Under the pieces are notes generated by a model. That model was given only the letters and a program-made list of their open reading frames with translations. It made no database searches and had not been told where the DNA came from. Shown one piece after another: positions 61,611 through 64,000 of a DNA stretch of 64,000 nt. Origin of the DNA: Phoronis australis (taxonomy: Eukaryota; Animalia; Phoronida). The stretch covers positions 181,581 through 245,580 of the forward strand of contig NMRA01000316.1 of assembly GCA_002633005.1 (NCBI GenBank), given 5' to 3'. Within the stretch, counting starts at the first letter, position 1. Every line of letters starts with the position of its first letter. The translations under genes were made by a program, and so were the position numbers.

Positions 61611-64000
61611 TCGTGTATCCGATCTCGACGAAGAGAAACAGTAAACTATAGAAATAAAGGAGATACGTGGCGTTTGTATATTTGCTAAAGATTAGACTAA
61701 GATGCGACCGGCGAAGCGTGAAATACAAAAATCATGACTGAGTAACATGGGTCTACTTCAGATTGGCAAAGAAATTCGATAAGTAATAAAGTAACAGGTC
61801 GTTGTTATGCATCCTCATCGGATTCTGGTTGTTGGGATGGCCCCTCTAGAAACAGGTACCATGAGTGTATAACATACATGTATACCAAGTTTCTTAATTG
61901 CAAGGAAAACAAGACCACGCCAGATATCCTCAAGAATTACAATTTACAAACGAAACACGCTATACCACTGCAGTTCTTTCGTGAATGCTTTAATCTTCGG
62001 AAAGCAGTCCAAGAAATGCAAATTTGAGTAGAATTCGCCAGGAGACATGTTTTTTGTTATAAGATGCATTGGAAAACCAAGAAGCGGGAGATGTTCGAGA
62101 GTCGTATCCAATTATAAAGTAATGGTAAATGTTACCTGGCTCGTTAAAGTTTCGACACTACGACCTCGTGCTGTTTTGATGCTTAACCAGTCGGTCGGTG
62201 AATGGAGCGACATGCCATGAGAACAGTGTTTCCAGACCTTCCTACACCAAGGCTAGGCTAGGCGAGGTGCTTTACCCCAGCCAAGCAGCAAGCCACGTCT
62301 ATTCATAATGACATGCCCGAATTAACAGAGCGTGTTCACCTTTGTTAGAAAGTACTGCGCCTATATTTTTACCAGATTAGGTTAATTGTATCGGAAACAC
62401 AAAGGGAATGGCAATGCGCTGTCTGCAGGTGATCTGGGTGAGTGGCAGTGTAATTCGTAAACCCATGTTCTAATGCTTGATTATGTGTATATAAGCAGAC
62501 TGGTTTGACTGGTTGGTTGATGAACGATGTCAATAATAACGTAAGCAGTCATTAGGAAATGCAAAACAAACGAAAACAAGGGGAACCCGATGATGCGTGT
62601 CTTCGCCGTTGTTCACTTTGCCACCAGATGAAGACTATATATTTTATGTACATGTGGGCGGCTGCTGACAAAACTGAAGTTGACAGTTAGTCAAATTACT
62701 GGACTGTTTAGTCAAACCCAAACAAAATAAATTAACGCCTGGCGATTCTGCCAGTATAAACTGAAGCTGATGTAGTGTGTGGGGCCAAGAGGCAGAAACA
62801 TCGCTTTGGTGCTTAATTAAATTTGCAAGTTACTGTTCAAATCAAAAGCACTTCGCACGCTTAACATCCGCCAGACAGAGACGAGTACACACGATTAGGC
62901 ACCGTGTTTCGAAAAACGAGATTGCTTCCAAGCGTCAATCTCGACCCGCAGTGTACAATAAGGAACTATAACGCAGCCCTGCCGTTACTGACAAATGATA
63001 CAGCTTTGATGTCAACTTTGCCACGTGCGTGCCCTTATAAGGTGCCTGGGACTCGGCGACTTAACATAACGATCCTCTTACACTCGTCTGGGCTACAGCA
63101 ATCACCTATTCTCTAGTACATGTTAGACTGTACACACTGCTAACCCGGGACAATTCTAGAAAGTCGAAGATGTACACCAATCCTGTACATTATTCCTTTC
63201 TGTCGTGGCTAACTTAGAAATGCCTACAGAATAGTTAGCTTTCACGATGTCCGCCACTTATCCAGGAATAGATTTTTAGGCACGCATTATTGCTAGGAAC
63301 TCAGACTAAACATCGTTAACATAAAGCAAGGACTATAAATATAGAAACAGTCATTTGCGCTATTTTATTACATGAAGACGTTGGGACAACACAGTACACC
63401 CAAAGGGTATGCGATCCCCAGAGACACTTCATAGGCTGTTCGATGCAAAAGGGAAACTACTGAGCTAAACGTTGCGCCGACCAGGGATCAGGTGCATGCA
63501 CATGAACATACATGTAAAGATACACTGTAACTATCAATATTGATTTTTGACGTTCACGTAAAATCTGTAAGGAAAAAATGATTAAAGATGCATAGTCTCA
63601 TTAAATTGTGAATATGCAAATGAAGTACTAATCTACAAAATCCAGGTCCTCCAGTGTACCGGAAATCATACGAGAAACAATCTCGCGAAAGTCTCGTTTC
63701 TCGATACTATTTTTATGCAAATAAGTAAAGTAATATTTCATTGTTACCCTAATGAAACAAGGCACAGCTTTTATTAGTTGTTTGTTCCAATAGAAAATAA
63801 CAATTGCGTGCCACCTTTCAATAAGGCACTGACTTTTGATGTGTAACTATGACAGCGGGCCCCAAGTGAAAACATATTGTACAAACCGTGCCGCCCGAGT
63901 GGCCCGTCTAGATTGGAATAATGAGGATATGCCACTAACAGCCCGGAAAAGATAAATAATGGCGACAATTCCCCCGTAGCCAAGAATTCGAAAGAGCATC

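Noticed and set aside
54785-64000. 5' exons (N-terminus, TM1-5) of the adenylate cyclase
   Set aside because: I found no minus-strand hydrophobic ORF with suitable splice sites, and the donor-like site at 57348 has an in-frame stop. These exons probably lie beyond the window.

Overview
Intron-rich eukaryotic DNA, most likely from a marine bilaterian invertebrate (inferred from gene content, repeat types and very frequent TACATGTA); nothing here looks prokaryotic and there is no CRISPR array. I reconstructed three spliced genes by hand. Two are tandem, divergent 7-coding-exon tetraspanin paralogs on the + strand (4525-13217, 409 aa; 23125-26945, 305 aa). The third, convergent on the - strand, is a Ca2+/calmodulin-type transmembrane adenylate cyclase (ADCY1/rutabaga-like). 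It has 25 visible coding exons (54784->31445, about 2031 aa), a very long low-complexity C-tail, and 5' exon(s) apparently outside the window. Non-coding DNA holds several non-autonomous DNA-transposon families (5-bp-TSD CA..TG, TTAA-TSD, CWG-flanked), decayed THAP-domain remnants, satellites, an intronic array of CTCF-like motifs and a probable haplotype mis-join at an N. Most ORFs in the supplied track are spurious. I see no convincing novel multi-gene system; the best leads are listed with modest scores.
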